Positions 28,828-39,486 of a stretch of DNA of 64,000 bases are shown here, piece by piece (the first letter of the stretch is position 1; each line of letters starts with the position of its first letter). Location of the stretch: assembly GCA_028281325.1 (NCBI GenBank), contig JANQKC010000014.1, positions 23,310 to 87,309 of the forward strand, written 5' to 3'. The position numbers and the translations under genes are program-made. Source of the stretch: Alphaproteobacteria bacterium. Its GTDB lineage: Bacteria; Pseudomonadota; Alphaproteobacteria; UBA8366. The notes under the pieces are model-generated. The model did not search any database. It had not been told where the DNA came from and worked only from the letters and a program-made list of their open reading frames with translations.

Positions 28828-29718
28828 ATGGACAATATTCTCACCTTGATCGCGGGAAGCGGCCGGCTCGACGAGTCCGCCGTGTCCCATGTACAGGCGA
28901 CCCTATTGGGCGCCGGCGGCAGCGTCGCCGCACCGGACTGGCTGTCCTACGGAAAAGCGGTCGATCTGCGCTTTGGCGGGCTCGACTGCCGCGACGCTTT
29001 GGACCTCGCCTATGAGTCCATCGAAGACGCGCCGATCGACGCCGTCGCCCAACCCGACGCCAACCGACGCAAGCGCATGCTGATCGCGGATATGGAGTCG
29101 ACGATCATCGAGAACGAGATGCTCGACGAACTGGCCGACGAGGTCGATCTGCGCGAGCACATCTCCGAAATCACCGCCCGCGCCATGAACGGCGAGATCG
29201 ACTTCTACGATGCGATGCGAGAACGCGTCGGCCTGCTGGCCGGCCTGAGCGAGGACGTTCTCGAACAATCGAAGGAAAAGATCCGGTTTACGCCCGGCGC
29301 CAAGGCGCTGGTCGCGACCATGCGCGCGAACGGCGCCTATTGCGCGCTCGTCTCCGGCGGTTTCACCTGCTACACCGGCTTCGTCCGCGACACGCTCGGT
29401 TTCGATATGGACCAGGCGAACCGATTGGAACTGGAGGACGGCAAGCTGACCGGCATCGTTACCGATCCGATCCTCGGTCCCGACGCGAAACGCGAACGCC
29501 TGCTGACCCTCTGCGCCGAGCGCACGATCCCGGTGGAAGCGACGATCGCGGTCGGCGACGGCGCGAACGACCTAGACATGCTGGCCGAGGCCGGACTCGG
29601 TGTCGCCTATCATGCGAAACCGGTCGTCGCACGAAGCGCCGGCGCGCGGATCGATCACGTGGACATGACGGCGCTGCTGTATCTTCAAGGATACCGCGAC
29701 GAGGATATCGTCGCCTGA
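28828..29718 (+). CDS. serB: Phosphoserine phosphatase SerB (HAD family)
   Basis: HAD motif I (LIADMESTII) and motif IV (GDGANDLDML). Divergent from miaA, as in many alphaproteobacteria. Start is ATG 28828 or ATG 28798. Confidence 0.88.
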   Translation: MDNILTLIAGSGRLDESAVSHVQATLLGAGGSVAAPDWLSYGKAVDLRFGGLDCRDALDLAYESIEDAPIDAVAQPDANRRKRMLIADMESTIIENEMLDELADEVDLREHISEITARAMNGEIDFYDAMRERVGLLAGLSEDVLEQSKEKIRFTPGAKALVATMRANGAYCALVSGGFTCYTGFVRDTLGFDMDQANRLELEDGKLTGIVTDPILGPDAKRERLLTLCAERTIPVEATIAVGDGANDLDMLAEAGLGVAYHAKPVVARSAGARIDHVDMTALLYLQGYRDEDIVA

Positions 29719-29725
29719 CCTATCC

Positions 29726-30931
29726 CTACTTCGTCCGCGGCACGAACAGGACAAGGATGTTGGCGAAGAACATGATCCCCGCCAGCACATAGAACACCGC
29801 AACCAACCCGTACTGGTCCGCGACGATACCGCCGATGATCGGCGACAGCGCGCCCAGGATCGACTGGATCCCGAACATCAGACTGGTGGCCGATCCGGCG
29901 AATTCACCCGGCACCATGTCCATCATCCAACTCTGCACGACGGGGCGGATGGCGAACAGGAAGAAGCCAAGCAGCGAAATGCAGGCGACATAGACCGTCG
30001 GGTCCTGGATGAAGGTCAGGCCGACCAGGACGACCGTCGTGATCCCGAGCGCGCCGAACACGATCGGCCGGCGTCCGATACGATCCGACCAGACACCCGC
30101 CAGCGGCGCGGCGATGAAGCCGCCGATCTGCATCGTCATCAGGGCCGCGCCCATGAAGACCGTGCTGGCCTTCATCACGTCCGAGATGTAGAGCGGCAGG
30201 AAGGCGAACAGACCGACCTGCGCCATGGTTCGGAACCCAGCGGTCATCGTCAGGACCACGACCGCACGGTCCTTGAGCAACGCCCAATACCCCGCAAAGT
30301 AGCGTTTGACGCTCATCGGTTCGCCGTCGCGGGTCGCGGGCCGATCCTTCGGCAACAGGACGACCGCGAGGACAACCGCCGTTACCAGCGCCGGCGCCGC
30401 GCTTAGCATTGCCGTGGTGTTCCAGGTCAGCCAGGTCAGCAACAGGCCGGCCACCATCGGCGCGACGGCGTCGCCGGCATTCGCGCCCATCGCATGGATC
30501 GACAGCACATAACCGCGCCGGGTCGCATAGTGTTCCGCCAAGTAGGAAATCGCGCCGGGATGCCACGCTTGGACCGCGGCCCCCATGAAGCCGACCATCA
30601 GAACCAGCACCACATACAGGCTGGTGAAACCGAAGACGAATGTCGCTAGCCCGCCCATGATCAACGCGACGATCTGCACCATCACGCGCCGGCCGCTCAT
30701 GTCGACCGCGATGCCGCTGGCAAAATTCGCGAAGAAGGAACTAAGGTGGAAGACCGACAGGAACACGCCGGCTTGGGCGTAGCTCAGGCCGAGCGCTTCC
30801 CTGATCAAGGGCAGCAGGATATAGATCGTCGCCGCGGTCCAATGCGTTGCCGCATGGCCGAGCGCCAACAGAAACACGGGACCCTGATCCCGAAATCGCA
30901 AGGGCGTTGCGACGTCGTGAGTGCTCACCAC
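29726..30931 (-). CDS. MFS transporter (paralog 1)
   Basis: 401 aa, 12-TM pattern, MFS loop motif VDMSGRRV. GTG start. Substrate unknown. Confidence 0.8.
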   Translation of the reverse strand: MVSTHDVATPLRFRDQGPVFLLALGHAATHWTAATIYILLPLIREALGLSYAQAGVFLSVFHLSSFFANFASGIAVDMSGRRVMVQIVALIMGGLATFVFGFTSLYVVLVLMVGFMGAAVQAWHPGAISYLAEHYATRRGYVLSIHAMGANAGDAVAPMVAGLLLTWLTWNTTAMLSAAPALVTAVVLAVVLLPKDRPATRDGEPMSVKRYFAGYWALLKDRAVVVLTMTAGFRTMAQVGLFAFLPLYISDVMKASTVFMGAALMTMQIGGFIAAPLAGVWSDRIGRRPIVFGALGITTVVLVGLTFIQDPTVYVACISLLGFFLFAIRPVVQSWMMDMVPGEFAGSATSLMFGIQSILGALSPIIGGIVADQYGLVAVFYVLAGIMFFANILVLFVPRTK

Positions 30932-31001
30932 GGATTGCGCTGATGTTGTTCTAAGGTCTTAAAGATGTAACGGTCGTCCATCAGCTTGCCAAGTCTAAAG
31001 C

Positions 31002-32234
31002 TCAATCCGACACCCCGGCGGGACCCGTGTCCTTCGGCAGCAGGAACGCGACGAGGTTCGCCAACAACAACACTCCGCCGAGGAAGTAGAAGACCGCGGC
31101 AAGACCGTACTGATCGGCGATCAGCCCGCCGATGATCGGCATGATCGCCGATTTGAAGCTCTGCACGGAGAACATCAAACTGGTCGCCGAACCGGCCATT
31201 TGCCGGGGCACGATATCCATCATCCACCCCTGCAACACCGGCCGCACCGCGAACATCGCGAACCCAAGCAGCGATATGCCGAAGACATACGCGGTCCCGT
31301 TGCCGACGAAGGTCAACCCGACGATGACCACGGTGGACGCCGTCAAGGCCATCATGATGACCTTCCGCCGGCCGATCCGGTCGGAGTACGCCCCGGCGAT
31401 CGGCGAGGCGATCATGCCGCCGATCAGCAGCGCGGTGAGCGCGATGCCCGCATAGGCATAGGGCAAGGCCAGCACGTCGACGATATAGAACGGCAGGAAC
31501 AGTTTCAGCCCACTCTGGGCCATGTTGCGGAAGCCGGCCATGATCGACAGGCCGAGCACCGACTTGTCCTGCACCATTTGCCATAGGCCCGAGAAATACG
31601 TTCCCAAACTGACCGACCGACCGCCGCGTCCTTCGACCTGTCGATCCTTGGGCAACAAAGCAAAGATGAACACCACGCTCATGATCAACGCGGGGATGGC
31701 GTTGAGCAGCGCCGCCTCGCGCCAGGAAAACAGGAACCACGTCAACATGGCGCCTGCCGCCACCGGGCCGATCGCTTCGCCGATATTCGATCCGATCCCA
31801 TGAAGGGACAGGACAAAGGCGCGGTTTTTGGGATACTCCGACGATAGATAGGACATCGATGCCGGATGCCAAAGATTGTTGGCCGCCGCGATCAGGACGC
31901 CCATGACGGCGATCAGGATCAAGTTGCCCGCAAATCCGAACCCGACCATGGCGAGGCCGACCGCGAGCAAGGCCGCGACCTGAAACACGACACGCCGCCC
32001 GGAGACATCAACCGCCGGACCGCTCGCTACATTCGCCGCCAATGACCCGATGTAATAGATCGTGCCGATCAGGCTGATCTCGGCATAGGAAAAGCCGAAT
32101 TCCTCACGGATTTTCGGGAGCAGCAGAAAAAAAGTACCGGTTATCCAGTGCGACGCGCCGTGCCCGGCCGCGATCAAATAGGCCGGACCGAAGCTGCGCA
32201 GACCGAACCGAAACGGCGGTACTGAACTGGACAA
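31002..32234 (-). CDS. MFS transporter (paralog 2)
   Basis: 410 aa. Colinear by eye with 29726..30931 (GHGASHW/GHAATHW; VDVSGRRV/VDMSGRRV; GGLIADQYGLAAVFY/GGIVADQYGLVAVFY). TTG start, uncertain. Confidence 0.78.
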   Translation of the reverse strand: MSSSVPPFRFGLRSFGPAYLIAAGHGASHWITGTFFLLLPKIREEFGFSYAEISLIGTIYYIGSLAANVASGPAVDVSGRRVVFQVAALLAVGLAMVGFGFAGNLILIAVMGVLIAAANNLWHPASMSYLSSEYPKNRAFVLSLHGIGSNIGEAIGPVAAGAMLTWFLFSWREAALLNAIPALIMSVVFIFALLPKDRQVEGRGGRSVSLGTYFSGLWQMVQDKSVLGLSIMAGFRNMAQSGLKLFLPFYIVDVLALPYAYAGIALTALLIGGMIASPIAGAYSDRIGRRKVIMMALTASTVVIVGLTFVGNGTAYVFGISLLGFAMFAVRPVLQGWMMDIVPRQMAGSATSLMFSVQSFKSAIMPIIGGLIADQYGLAAVFYFLGGVLLLANLVAFLLPKDTGPAGVSD

Positions 32235-32359
32235 GGCCGAGTTTCCAGAGGTTGTGCTCAGGCAGGCCGTCAGCTTATGCGCTTGCTACCACGATTGCAA
32301 AACCGCGGCGCTTGACGGCGTGCCCACACAACCGCGCGAACCTCCGCTACACTCGGGGT

Positions 32360-33865
32360 TCAGCCATCCTTCTTGGAAAGCCTTAGCGGCACGAACCGAA
32401 GCGGATCCTCGCCCTGCCGGAACTTGACGAGCAGCAGGACGGACCGTCGGCCGGCCTTTTCGGCTTTCTCGACCTGTTCCCGCACATCCTTTATGGATTT
32501 CACTTTTTCCTGGTTGATTTCGACGATGATGTCGCCGGGCTTCAGGCCTTTTTCCGCCGCATTACTGTCGGCGCCAACATCCGTCACAACCAACCCGTCG
32601 ACCCCTTCCTCAAGATCGAAGCGGGCGGCCAACTCTTTGGTCAGCGGCGACAGGTTAAGGCCAAGTTCCTTGAATTCCCGGCCGCTCTGGTCCGTCGCCG
32701 GCTCGCTGCCGGACGAGGAAAGCGACGCCTGATCGACTTTTTCAAGCTCGCCAAGCTTCACCGAGAGTTCCGTTTTCTTGCCGTTGCGCCAAACCTCGAC
32801 ATTTACCGCCTTGCCGACATCGGTTTCGGCAACCATGCGCGGCAACCGCCGGGACTCCGCAACGCGGCGCCCATCGAACGACAGAATAACGTCTCCCGTC
32901 TTGAACCCGGAGGATTCGGCGGGGCTCTTCTTAACGACACCGGCCACGAGGGCGCCGTAGGGCTTGTCGAGGCCCAAGCTTTCGGCGATTTCTTCGGTAA
33001 CCGCTTGAATTTGAACGCCAAGCCATCCACGGCGGGTCGACCCGTATTTCCGAAGCTGGTCGATGACGCCAACCGCCAACTGCGACGGAATCGAAAACCC
33101 GATGCCGATGCTGCCGCCGGACGGCGACAGGATCGCGGTATTAATGCCGACAACCTCGCCCTTCATGTTGAACAAGGGGCCACCGGAATTGCCACGATTG
33201 ATCGGCGCGTCCGTTTGAATGTAATCGTCATACGGCCCTGATCGGATATCCCGGCCACGCGCGGAAATGATGCCGGCGGTCACCGTCCCGCCGAGGCCAA
33301 GCGGGTTGCCGATGGCCAGGACCCAATCCCCAACGCGGGCGCCGTCGGAGGAGCCGAACGGCACATAGGGAAGGTCTTCCGTCGCCTTGACCTTGAGCAG
33401 CGCCAGATCCGTTTTGGGATCGCGGCCGATCAGCGTGGCTTCGTACTTTCGCTCATCCTGCAAGACGGCGGTGATTTGATCCGCGCCTTCGATGACATGA
33501 TTGTTCGTGACGATGTATCCGGTCTTGTCGATGATGAAGCCGGATCCCAGCGACGTACCCCGCCGCCGTGGCGCATCGCGCCGTTTTTGCTGAAACTGGT
33601 CGAAAAACTCCCGGAACGGGGAACCCGGTGGAAAGTCGAATTGCGGCAAGTCTTCCGTGCTACGCCCGGCGACTTTCTGCGTCGTCGAAATATTGACGAC
33701 GGCCGGCAACAGCTTCTCCGCGAGGTCCGCGAAGCTGTCCGGCGCGGCGCGGGCATCTGCCGGCGACGGTGTCCACACGCCGACCATGGCCACAGCAACG
33801 ATAAACAGCCAATGTCGGCTAAACGGCATAGTGCGATGAATTGAAATCATGTTGGCATCACGCAT
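32360..33865 (-). CDS. Periplasmic Do/DegP/HtrA-family serine endoprotease with two PDZ domains
   Basis: Catalytic triad context (TNNHVI, TDLALLK, GNSGGPLF) and two PDZ regions. The start is uncertain between 33829 and 33880. The signal peptide is MPFSRHWLFIVAVAMVGVWTPSPADA. Confidence 0.9.
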   Translation of the reverse strand: MRDANMISIHRTMPFSRHWLFIVAVAMVGVWTPSPADARAAPDSFADLAEKLLPAVVNISTTQKVAGRSTEDLPQFDFPPGSPFREFFDQFQQKRRDAPRRRGTSLGSGFIIDKTGYIVTNNHVIEGADQITAVLQDERKYEATLIGRDPKTDLALLKVKATEDLPYVPFGSSDGARVGDWVLAIGNPLGLGGTVTAGIISARGRDIRSGPYDDYIQTDAPINRGNSGGPLFNMKGEVVGINTAILSPSGGSIGIGFSIPSQLAVGVIDQLRKYGSTRRGWLGVQIQAVTEEIAESLGLDKPYGALVAGVVKKSPAESSGFKTGDVILSFDGRRVAESRRLPRMVAETDVGKAVNVEVWRNGKKTELSVKLGELEKVDQASLSSSGSEPATDQSGREFKELGLNLSPLTKELAARFDLEEGVDGLVVTDVGADSNAAEKGLKPGDIIVEINQEKVKSIKDVREQVEKAEKAGRRSVLLLVKFRQGEDPLRFVPLRLSKKDG

Positions 33866-34070
33866 CGACTTGTTGATCAATAAATCCGCGGCTGATCGAC
33901 CCTGGCAAAACGGTTATTCAGCCCGCAACGACGCTCTATCGTCCGATTTGGCATCGCCGACAACCGAAATCAACAGCTAACCGCGAATATATCCCAGAAC
34001 GGCCGAAACGTGTTTAACAAATTGGCGACGAATAAGTGATCACCGCGTTTTCAGGCACCGTTCGATCGCC

Positions 34071-34256
34071 TCAGCTCCGGATAAACCAAACGATCGCGAA
34101 CCCCACAAAAGCCGCCAATAACCCGCCCTTTCGGAGCATACTGGGCGACATCTGGAGGGCTTGTTCCATCATGCGCTGCATCCCTTGGGGAAACAGCGCA
34201 TAAAGAATTCCCTCCAGCACCAGAACAAGGCCGACGGCCGTCAGAAAATCGAGCAT
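34071..34256 (-). CDS. DUF2065 small membrane protein
   Basis: 61 aa with two TM helices. This is the conserved position downstream of hflC in proteobacteria. Confidence 0.7.
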   Translation of the reverse strand: MLDFLTAVGLVLVLEGILYALFPQGMQRMMEQALQMSPSMLRKGGLLAAFVGFAIVWFIRS

Positions 34257-34280
34257 AAGGCGCCCAAGCGCGGCCTAGGC

Positions 34281-35162
34281 CTACTTCGCAGCCGGCACGC
34301 TTTGCCCACCGCTTCCGAAGAAACGGAAGAACTCGCTATCGGGACTCAGCACGATCGTCGTGTCGCCGCGGGCCAAGTTCCTCTGGTACTCGGCTAGAGA
34401 CTTGTAGAAATCGAAGAACGCCGGATCCCTGCCATAAGCCTCGCCGAGGATCATGTTGCGTCCGCCTTCCCCTTCACCACGAAGGATTTGGGACTGGCGC
34501 TCGGCATCGGCGATTAAGATGGTCCGCTCCAAATCGGCCCGCGCCCGAATCTTCTGCGCTTCTTCGCCGCCTTCGGCGCGAAGTTCACGCGCCTCGCGCT
34601 CACGTTCCGTCCGCATTCTGCTGAACACCGATTGCCGCGTTTGCGTCGGCAACTCGGTACGACCGATACGGACATCGACGATCTTGATCCCGAACGATTC
34701 CGCCGGTCCTGCGACCTCTCTCTGAATCTGCGACATGATGTCGTCGCGCCTCTCGGAGAGGACATCGCGCAACGGCACCGTAGCGATGACACGGCGGAGG
34801 CTCGAGTTGATGATCTTGCCGAACCGGTCGCGCAACGTCGCTTCGGTGCGCACCCGCCGGAAGAACTGCAACGGGTCGGTAATCTGATACCGTGCATACG
34901 CGTCAATGATGATCCGTTTCTTATCGGTCAGCAAGACTTCGAAGGACGGCGGATCCAGATCGAGCACCCGGTTATCGTAAAATACCGTTTCCTGGACGAC
35001 GGGGATCTTAATCGCAAGCCCCGGATCCTTGATCACGCGCTTGGCTTCACCGAACTGAAGGACGATGACCTGCTTGGTCTGATGGACCGTGAACAAGGCG
35101 TTTGCGCCGACGATGACCAAGACGACCACCACGGCTCCAAGAATGAACAGTTTGTTTTTCAT
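34281..35162 (-). CDS. hflC: Protease modulator HflC (SPFH/band-7 family)
   Basis: 293 aa, N-terminal TM and SPFH domain. Follows hflK. Confidence 0.92.
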   Translation of the reverse strand: MKNKLFILGAVVVVLVIVGANALFTVHQTKQVIVLQFGEAKRVIKDPGLAIKIPVVQETVFYDNRVLDLDPPSFEVLLTDKKRIIIDAYARYQITDPLQFFRRVRTEATLRDRFGKIINSSLRRVIATVPLRDVLSERRDDIMSQIQREVAGPAESFGIKIVDVRIGRTELPTQTRQSVFSRMRTEREREARELRAEGGEEAQKIRARADLERTILIADAERQSQILRGEGEGGRNMILGEAYGRDPAFFDFYKSLAEYQRNLARGDTTIVLSPDSEFFRFFGSGGQSVPAAK

Positions 35163-35178
35163 GATCTATTCCCTTCGC

Positions 35179-36390
35179 CTAGCGCTGCGCCGACGGTGAT
35201 CCGGTACCGGTAGAGGTATCTATCGAGGTATCTACCGTTGACGCCGACGCCTCGGTTTGCGCCCGCACCCGTTTCTGGATTTCCGGCAATGGCAGGTACG
35301 GCACGACGCCCTGACCCGAATCGCCGTTCTGATCGACAATAACTTTCTGCGCCGACCCGAACACTTCACCCATCGTTTCCAGATACATGCGCCGCCGCGT
35401 CACTTCCGGCGCTGCCCTGTAGGCATCGTAAACGGACAGGAAACGCTTGGCCTCACCTTCCGCTTCCTTGAGAAGCCTCTCGCGGTAGGCTTCGGCGTCC
35501 CGGACCATCTGCTCCGCCTGACCGCGCGCCTGCGGAACGATCGAATTGGCATAGGCGTCCGCTTGGTTCTTCAAACGCGACTTGTCCTGCCGGGCACGCT
35601 GGACATCGTTGAACGCATCGATCACATCGGGCGGCGGATCGGACTTCTGCAACTGCACCGCTTCGATCAAGATCCCCGCGCCGTATTGATCGAGAATGAC
35701 CTGAAGCAACTCGTTGGCGCGGCTTTCGATTTCCTGGCGTCCGACGGTCACCGCCTGGTCGAAGTTGGTCTGCCCGACAACCTCGCGCATGACGCTTTCG
35801 GCCGCGGTTTTCACCGTGGCTTCCGGGTTCCGGATGTTGAACAGGAACTGACCGGCGTTGTTGATTTTCCAGAGGACGGTGAATTGCAGATCGACGATAT
35901 TCTCATCGCTCGTCAGCATGACGCTTTCTTCCGCCACATCCCGTTCCGCGGTGCCGCGGCGTGACCCGCTCTCACCCGCACGGTATCCGACCTGCACGCG
36001 GTTCGACCGCGTCACTTTCGGCGTAAACACTTCGCCGATCGGACCCGGCCAATTCCAGTGCAGTCCTTCGACGGTGGTGTTCCCGTTCCATTTACCGAAT
36101 ACGAGTTCGACACCCTGTTCATCGGGCTGTACGCGATAGAAGCCGGTCGCAAACCATAGGCCGACCACCACGATGATGATCAGCGGAATAAACTTGCCGG
36201 CCGAACCACCGCCTGGAAACATCGTCTTTAGGCGATCCTGACTGCGGCGGAGCATCTCTTCGAGGTCCGGTGGGGGCGTACCGCCGCCACCGCCGCCGCC
36301 ACTGCCGCCGCGTCCACCCCACGGCCCTTGGGCACCGCCACCGCCACCGCCGCCCCATGGGCCGCCGCCGCCTTGATTCTGCCATGGCAT
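35179..36390 (-). CDS. hflK: Protease modulator HflK (SPFH/band-7 family)
   Basis: 403 aa, ATG 36390. Gly-rich N-terminus MPWQNQGGGGPWGGGGGG, TM segment and SPFH domain. Confidence 0.92.
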   Translation of the reverse strand: MPWQNQGGGGPWGGGGGGGAQGPWGGRGGSGGGGGGGTPPPDLEEMLRRSQDRLKTMFPGGGSAGKFIPLIIIVVVGLWFATGFYRVQPDEQGVELVFGKWNGNTTVEGLHWNWPGPIGEVFTPKVTRSNRVQVGYRAGESGSRRGTAERDVAEESVMLTSDENIVDLQFTVLWKINNAGQFLFNIRNPEATVKTAAESVMREVVGQTNFDQAVTVGRQEIESRANELLQVILDQYGAGILIEAVQLQKSDPPPDVIDAFNDVQRARQDKSRLKNQADAYANSIVPQARGQAEQMVRDAEAYRERLLKEAEGEAKRFLSVYDAYRAAPEVTRRRMYLETMGEVFGSAQKVIVDQNGDSGQGVVPYLPLPEIQKRVRAQTEASASTVDTSIDTSTGTGSPSAQR

Positions 36391-36559
36391 GGAACTTATC
36401 TCCCGACTTGTAGTTTCCGCTCTATGCGTGCGTCTAAGTTAGGCCTCGGCTGACACTTTCCAACCGGGGTTGGGATCATATATGACAGCCTAGCCGGGCA
36501 CGCAAATTCGAAAAGTTGAATGTCTTAGGCATATTGGGGGCATTTGGGAGTTTTCAAGC

Positions 36560-37684
36560 ATGGCGCAGGTAACCGAAGCCGAAATTCTGGATCGGTTGAA
36601 GAGTGTTGTCGAACCCGATTCCGGCAAGGACATCGTGACCTTGGGAATGATTTCAGGGCTCGTCGTGAAAGACGGTAACGTCGGATTCTCGATTGAGGTC
36701 GCGCCGGAAAAAGGCCCGGCCTCCGAACCGCTGCGGCAAACCGCGGAGAAAGCGATCCACGAACTGCCCGGCGTCGTGTCCGCAACGGTGGTGCTGACGG
36801 CGCATCGCCCGCAAGGTCAAAGCGCCCCGCCCCCGCAAGCGCCGCCGCAACCGCAGCAGCAACAGCAAGCGAAGCCCCTCGCCCCGGGCGTTCAACACAT
36901 CGTAGCGGTGGCCAGCGGAAAGGGCGGCGTCGGAAAATCGACCACCGCGGTCAACCTCGCCATGGGTCTTGCCGCGGGCGGTCGCACGGTCGGGCTGCTC
37001 GACGCCGATATTTACGGACCGTCGCAGCCGCGCATGATGGGCATCTCGGGCAAACCGTCCTCGGCGGATGGGAAGGTACTGGAACCCATGGAGAACTACG
37101 GCGTCAAGGTCATGTCCATGGGGTTCCTCGTCGATGAAGAAACGCCGATGATCTGGCGCGGCCCGATGGTGATGAGCGCCTTGCAACAGATGCTCCGCGA
37201 CGTGAACTGGGGCGACCTTGACGTGATGATCGTCGACATGCCGCCGGGCACCGGCGACGCGCAACTGACCATGGCGCAGCAGGTTCCGCTGGCCGGCGCG
37301 GTGATCGTATCGACCCCGCAGGACATCGCCCTGCTGGATGCGCGCAAGGGCTTGAACATGTTTCGCAAGGTCGACGTGCCGGTCCTCGGCTTCATCGAAA
37401 ACATGAGCTATTTCCTATGCCCAAGCTGCGGCCACCAAGCGGACATTTTCGGCCATGGCGGCGCCCGCGAAGAAGCCGAGCGGCTCGGCATCGAGTTTTT
37501 GGGCGAAATACCGTTGCATCTGGACATTCGCGAAACGTCGGACGGCGGCCAGCCCATCGTCACCAGCCGCCCGGACTCCGATCATGCTGCGGCCTATCGC
37601 GCCATCGCCGATCGGATTTGGGAAAAATTGAGTGCCGCTGAAGGAACCGAAGCACGCAAAGCGCCGAAATTCGTCATACAATAA
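36560..37684 (+). CDS. apbC: Mrp/ApbC/NBP35-family Fe-S cluster carrier ATPase
   Basis: N-terminal DUF59-like domain, a Pro/Gln-rich linker, deviant Walker A ([11 protein letters not shown]) and the CPSCG motif. Confidence 0.9.
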   Translation: MAQVTEAEILDRLKSVVEPDSGKDIVTLGMISGLVVKDGNVGFSIEVAPEKGPASEPLRQTAEKAIHELPGVVSATVVLTAHRPQGQSAPPPQAPPQPQQQQQAKPLAPGVQHIVAVASGKGGVGKSTTAVNLAMGLAAGGRTVGLLDADIYGPSQPRMMGISGKPSSADGKVLEPMENYGVKVMSMGFLVDEETPMIWRGPMVMSALQQMLRDVNWGDLDVMIVDMPPGTGDAQLTMAQQVPLAGAVIVSTPQDIALLDARKGLNMFRKVDVPVLGFIENMSYFLCPSCGHQADIFGHGGAREEAERLGIEFLGEIPLHLDIRETSDGGQPIVTSRPDSDHAAAYRAIADRIWEKLSAAEGTEARKAPKFVIQ

Positions 37685-37711
37685 CGTCGATACGGGTGCC
37701 CCCCTCTTAAG

Positions 37712-38227
37712 ATGATCGACATGCGCCGACGAGTATTTGCCTCCCGAACCGCCTTGTTTCTGGCAAGTCTGACCCTGGCGTCGAAGGCGCCGTTCGCCGA
37801 CGGGCTCGATAAACTTGTCCAAGGCGAATCGTGGCGACTGGATATGCTGCGGCGTCTGAATGCGATCCGCGAACAAAACGGCCTTCGTCTGCTGGAGATG
37901 GACGACCGCCTGAACCGCGCCGCCCAGCTTCACTCCGACGACATGGCCGCGCGCGACTTTTTCGATCACAAGGCGCCGGACGGCGCCCGCATGACCGACC
38001 GCGCCGATGCGTTCGGGTACAATTGGCGTCGCCTGCTGGAGAATATCGCCGCCGGACAACGGGACGTGCAGCAGGCCATCACCGGCTGGATGAATTCACC
38101 CGACCATCGCGCGGCCATTTTGGACAAGGGCGTGCAGGACGCCGGCATGGGCTATGCCTTCCGGGACCGCGACGACGGCAGCGTGAAAATGTCCCACTAC
38201 TGGACACTGCTGGTCGGCGCCGAGTAA
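37712..38227 (+). CDS. Secreted CAP/SCP/PR-1-like domain protein
   Basis: Signal peptide followed by a CAP-domain pattern (LNRAAQLHSDDMAARDFFDHKAPDG...ENIAAGQRDVQQAITGWMNSPDHRAAIL). Confidence 0.78.
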   Translation: MIDMRRRVFASRTALFLASLTLASKAPFADGLDKLVQGESWRLDMLRRLNAIREQNGLRLLEMDDRLNRAAQLHSDDMAARDFFDHKAPDGARMTDRADAFGYNWRRLLENIAAGQRDVQQAITGWMNSPDHRAAILDKGVQDAGMGYAFRDRDDGSVKMSHYWTLLVGAE

Positions 38228-38363
38228 TCCGCTATTATCGGTCCGTCGCCGTCCTGTTCCGGCCGTTCGACAGCGCTTGAAAAGGAACCGGCGCTCTGAC
38301 AGGGTCCGTAGAACGGCAAGAAACATAATTCGGGCAAATCCGGATCACGCAAGGAGATGGGCA

Positions 38364-39473
38364 ATGCAAACGCGCGCCGCGGTCGCACATAAGGCGGGAG
38401 AACCGCTGACAATCGAAACCGTCGAGTTGGACGGCCCCCGAGAAGGCGAATGCCTCGTCGAGATCCGGGCGACCGGTATCTGCCATACCGACGAATTCAC
38501 CCGGTCCGGCGCCGATCCCGAAGGCGTGTTTCCCGCGATTCTCGGCCATGAAGGCGCAGGCATCGTCGTCGATGTGGGCCCCGGCGTGACGAGCCTCAAG
38601 AAGGGCGATCACGTCATTCCGCTCTACACCCCGGAATGCCGACAGTGCGAATACTGCACCAGCGGCAAGACCAATCTCTGTCAGGCGATCCGCGAGACGC
38701 AGGGTCGGGGCGTCATGCCGGACGGCACCAGCCGCTTCAGTATCGGCAAGGACAAGATTTTTCATTACATGGGCACGTCCACCTTCTCCAACTATACGGT
38801 CGTGCCCGAGATCGCACTCGCCAAGGTCCGCGAAGACGCACCCTTCGACAAGATTTGTTACATCGGTTGCGGCGTGACCACCGGTATCGGTGCGGTGATC
38901 AACACGGCCAAGGTCGAGGCCGGCGCGAACGTCGTGGTCTTCGGTCTCGGCGGCATTGGCCTCAACGTCATTCAGGGCGCGAAGATGGTGGGCGCCAACA
39001 TGATCGTCGGCGTCGACATCAACCCGAAGCGGAAGGCGCTCGGCGAGAAATTCGGCATGACGCATTTCGTCAACCCGACCGAGGTGGAAGGCGACTTGGT
39101 TCCCTACCTCGTCGATCTGACGAACGGCGGCGCGGACTACAGCTTCGAATGCATCGGCAATACCGAGATAATGCGGCAAGCGCTCGAATGCTGCCACAAG
39201 GGCTGGGGCGAAAGCACGATCATCGGCGTCGCCGGCGCGGGCCAGGAGATCAACACCCGGCCCTTCCAGCTTGTCACCGGCCGCGTGTGGCGCGGCACCG
39301 CCTTCGGCGGCGCCAAGGGCCGGACCGACGTGCCGAAGATCGTGGACTGGTACATGGACGGGAAGATCAACATCGACGATCTGATCACCCACACCATGCC
39401 GCTTGAAAACATCAATGACGCGTTTCATTTAATGCATGAAGGCGAATCGATCCGAAGCGTCGTAACCTACTAA
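38364..39473 (+). CDS. adhC: S-(hydroxymethyl)glutathione dehydrogenase / class III alcohol dehydrogenase
   Basis: Start ATG 38364 with an AAGGAG RBS. MQTRAAVAHKAGEPLTIETVELDGPREGECLVEIRATGICHTDEF and GHEGAGIVVDVG match the class III ADH family. Confidence 0.92.
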   Translation: MQTRAAVAHKAGEPLTIETVELDGPREGECLVEIRATGICHTDEFTRSGADPEGVFPAILGHEGAGIVVDVGPGVTSLKKGDHVIPLYTPECRQCEYCTSGKTNLCQAIRETQGRGVMPDGTSRFSIGKDKIFHYMGTSTFSNYTVVPEIALAKVREDAPFDKICYIGCGVTTGIGAVINTAKVEAGANVVVFGLGGIGLNVIQGAKMVGANMIVGVDINPKRKALGEKFGMTHFVNPTEVEGDLVPYLVDLTNGGADYSFECIGNTEIMRQALECCHKGWGESTIIGVAGAGQEINTRPFQLVTGRVWRGTAFGGAKGRTDVPKIVDWYMDGKINIDDLITHTMPLENINDAFHLMHEGESIRSVVTY

Positions 39474-39486
39474 CCCCGGAGCAGCG

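Noticed and set aside
36270-36380. GCC/GCCGCC-rich repetitive DNA.
   Set aside because: It encodes the Gly-rich N-terminus typical of HflK. It is a low-complexity coding sequence, not a repeat element. The same applies to the Pro/Gln linker of apbC (~36830-36880) and the linker of the CheW-globin gene (~53140-53560).
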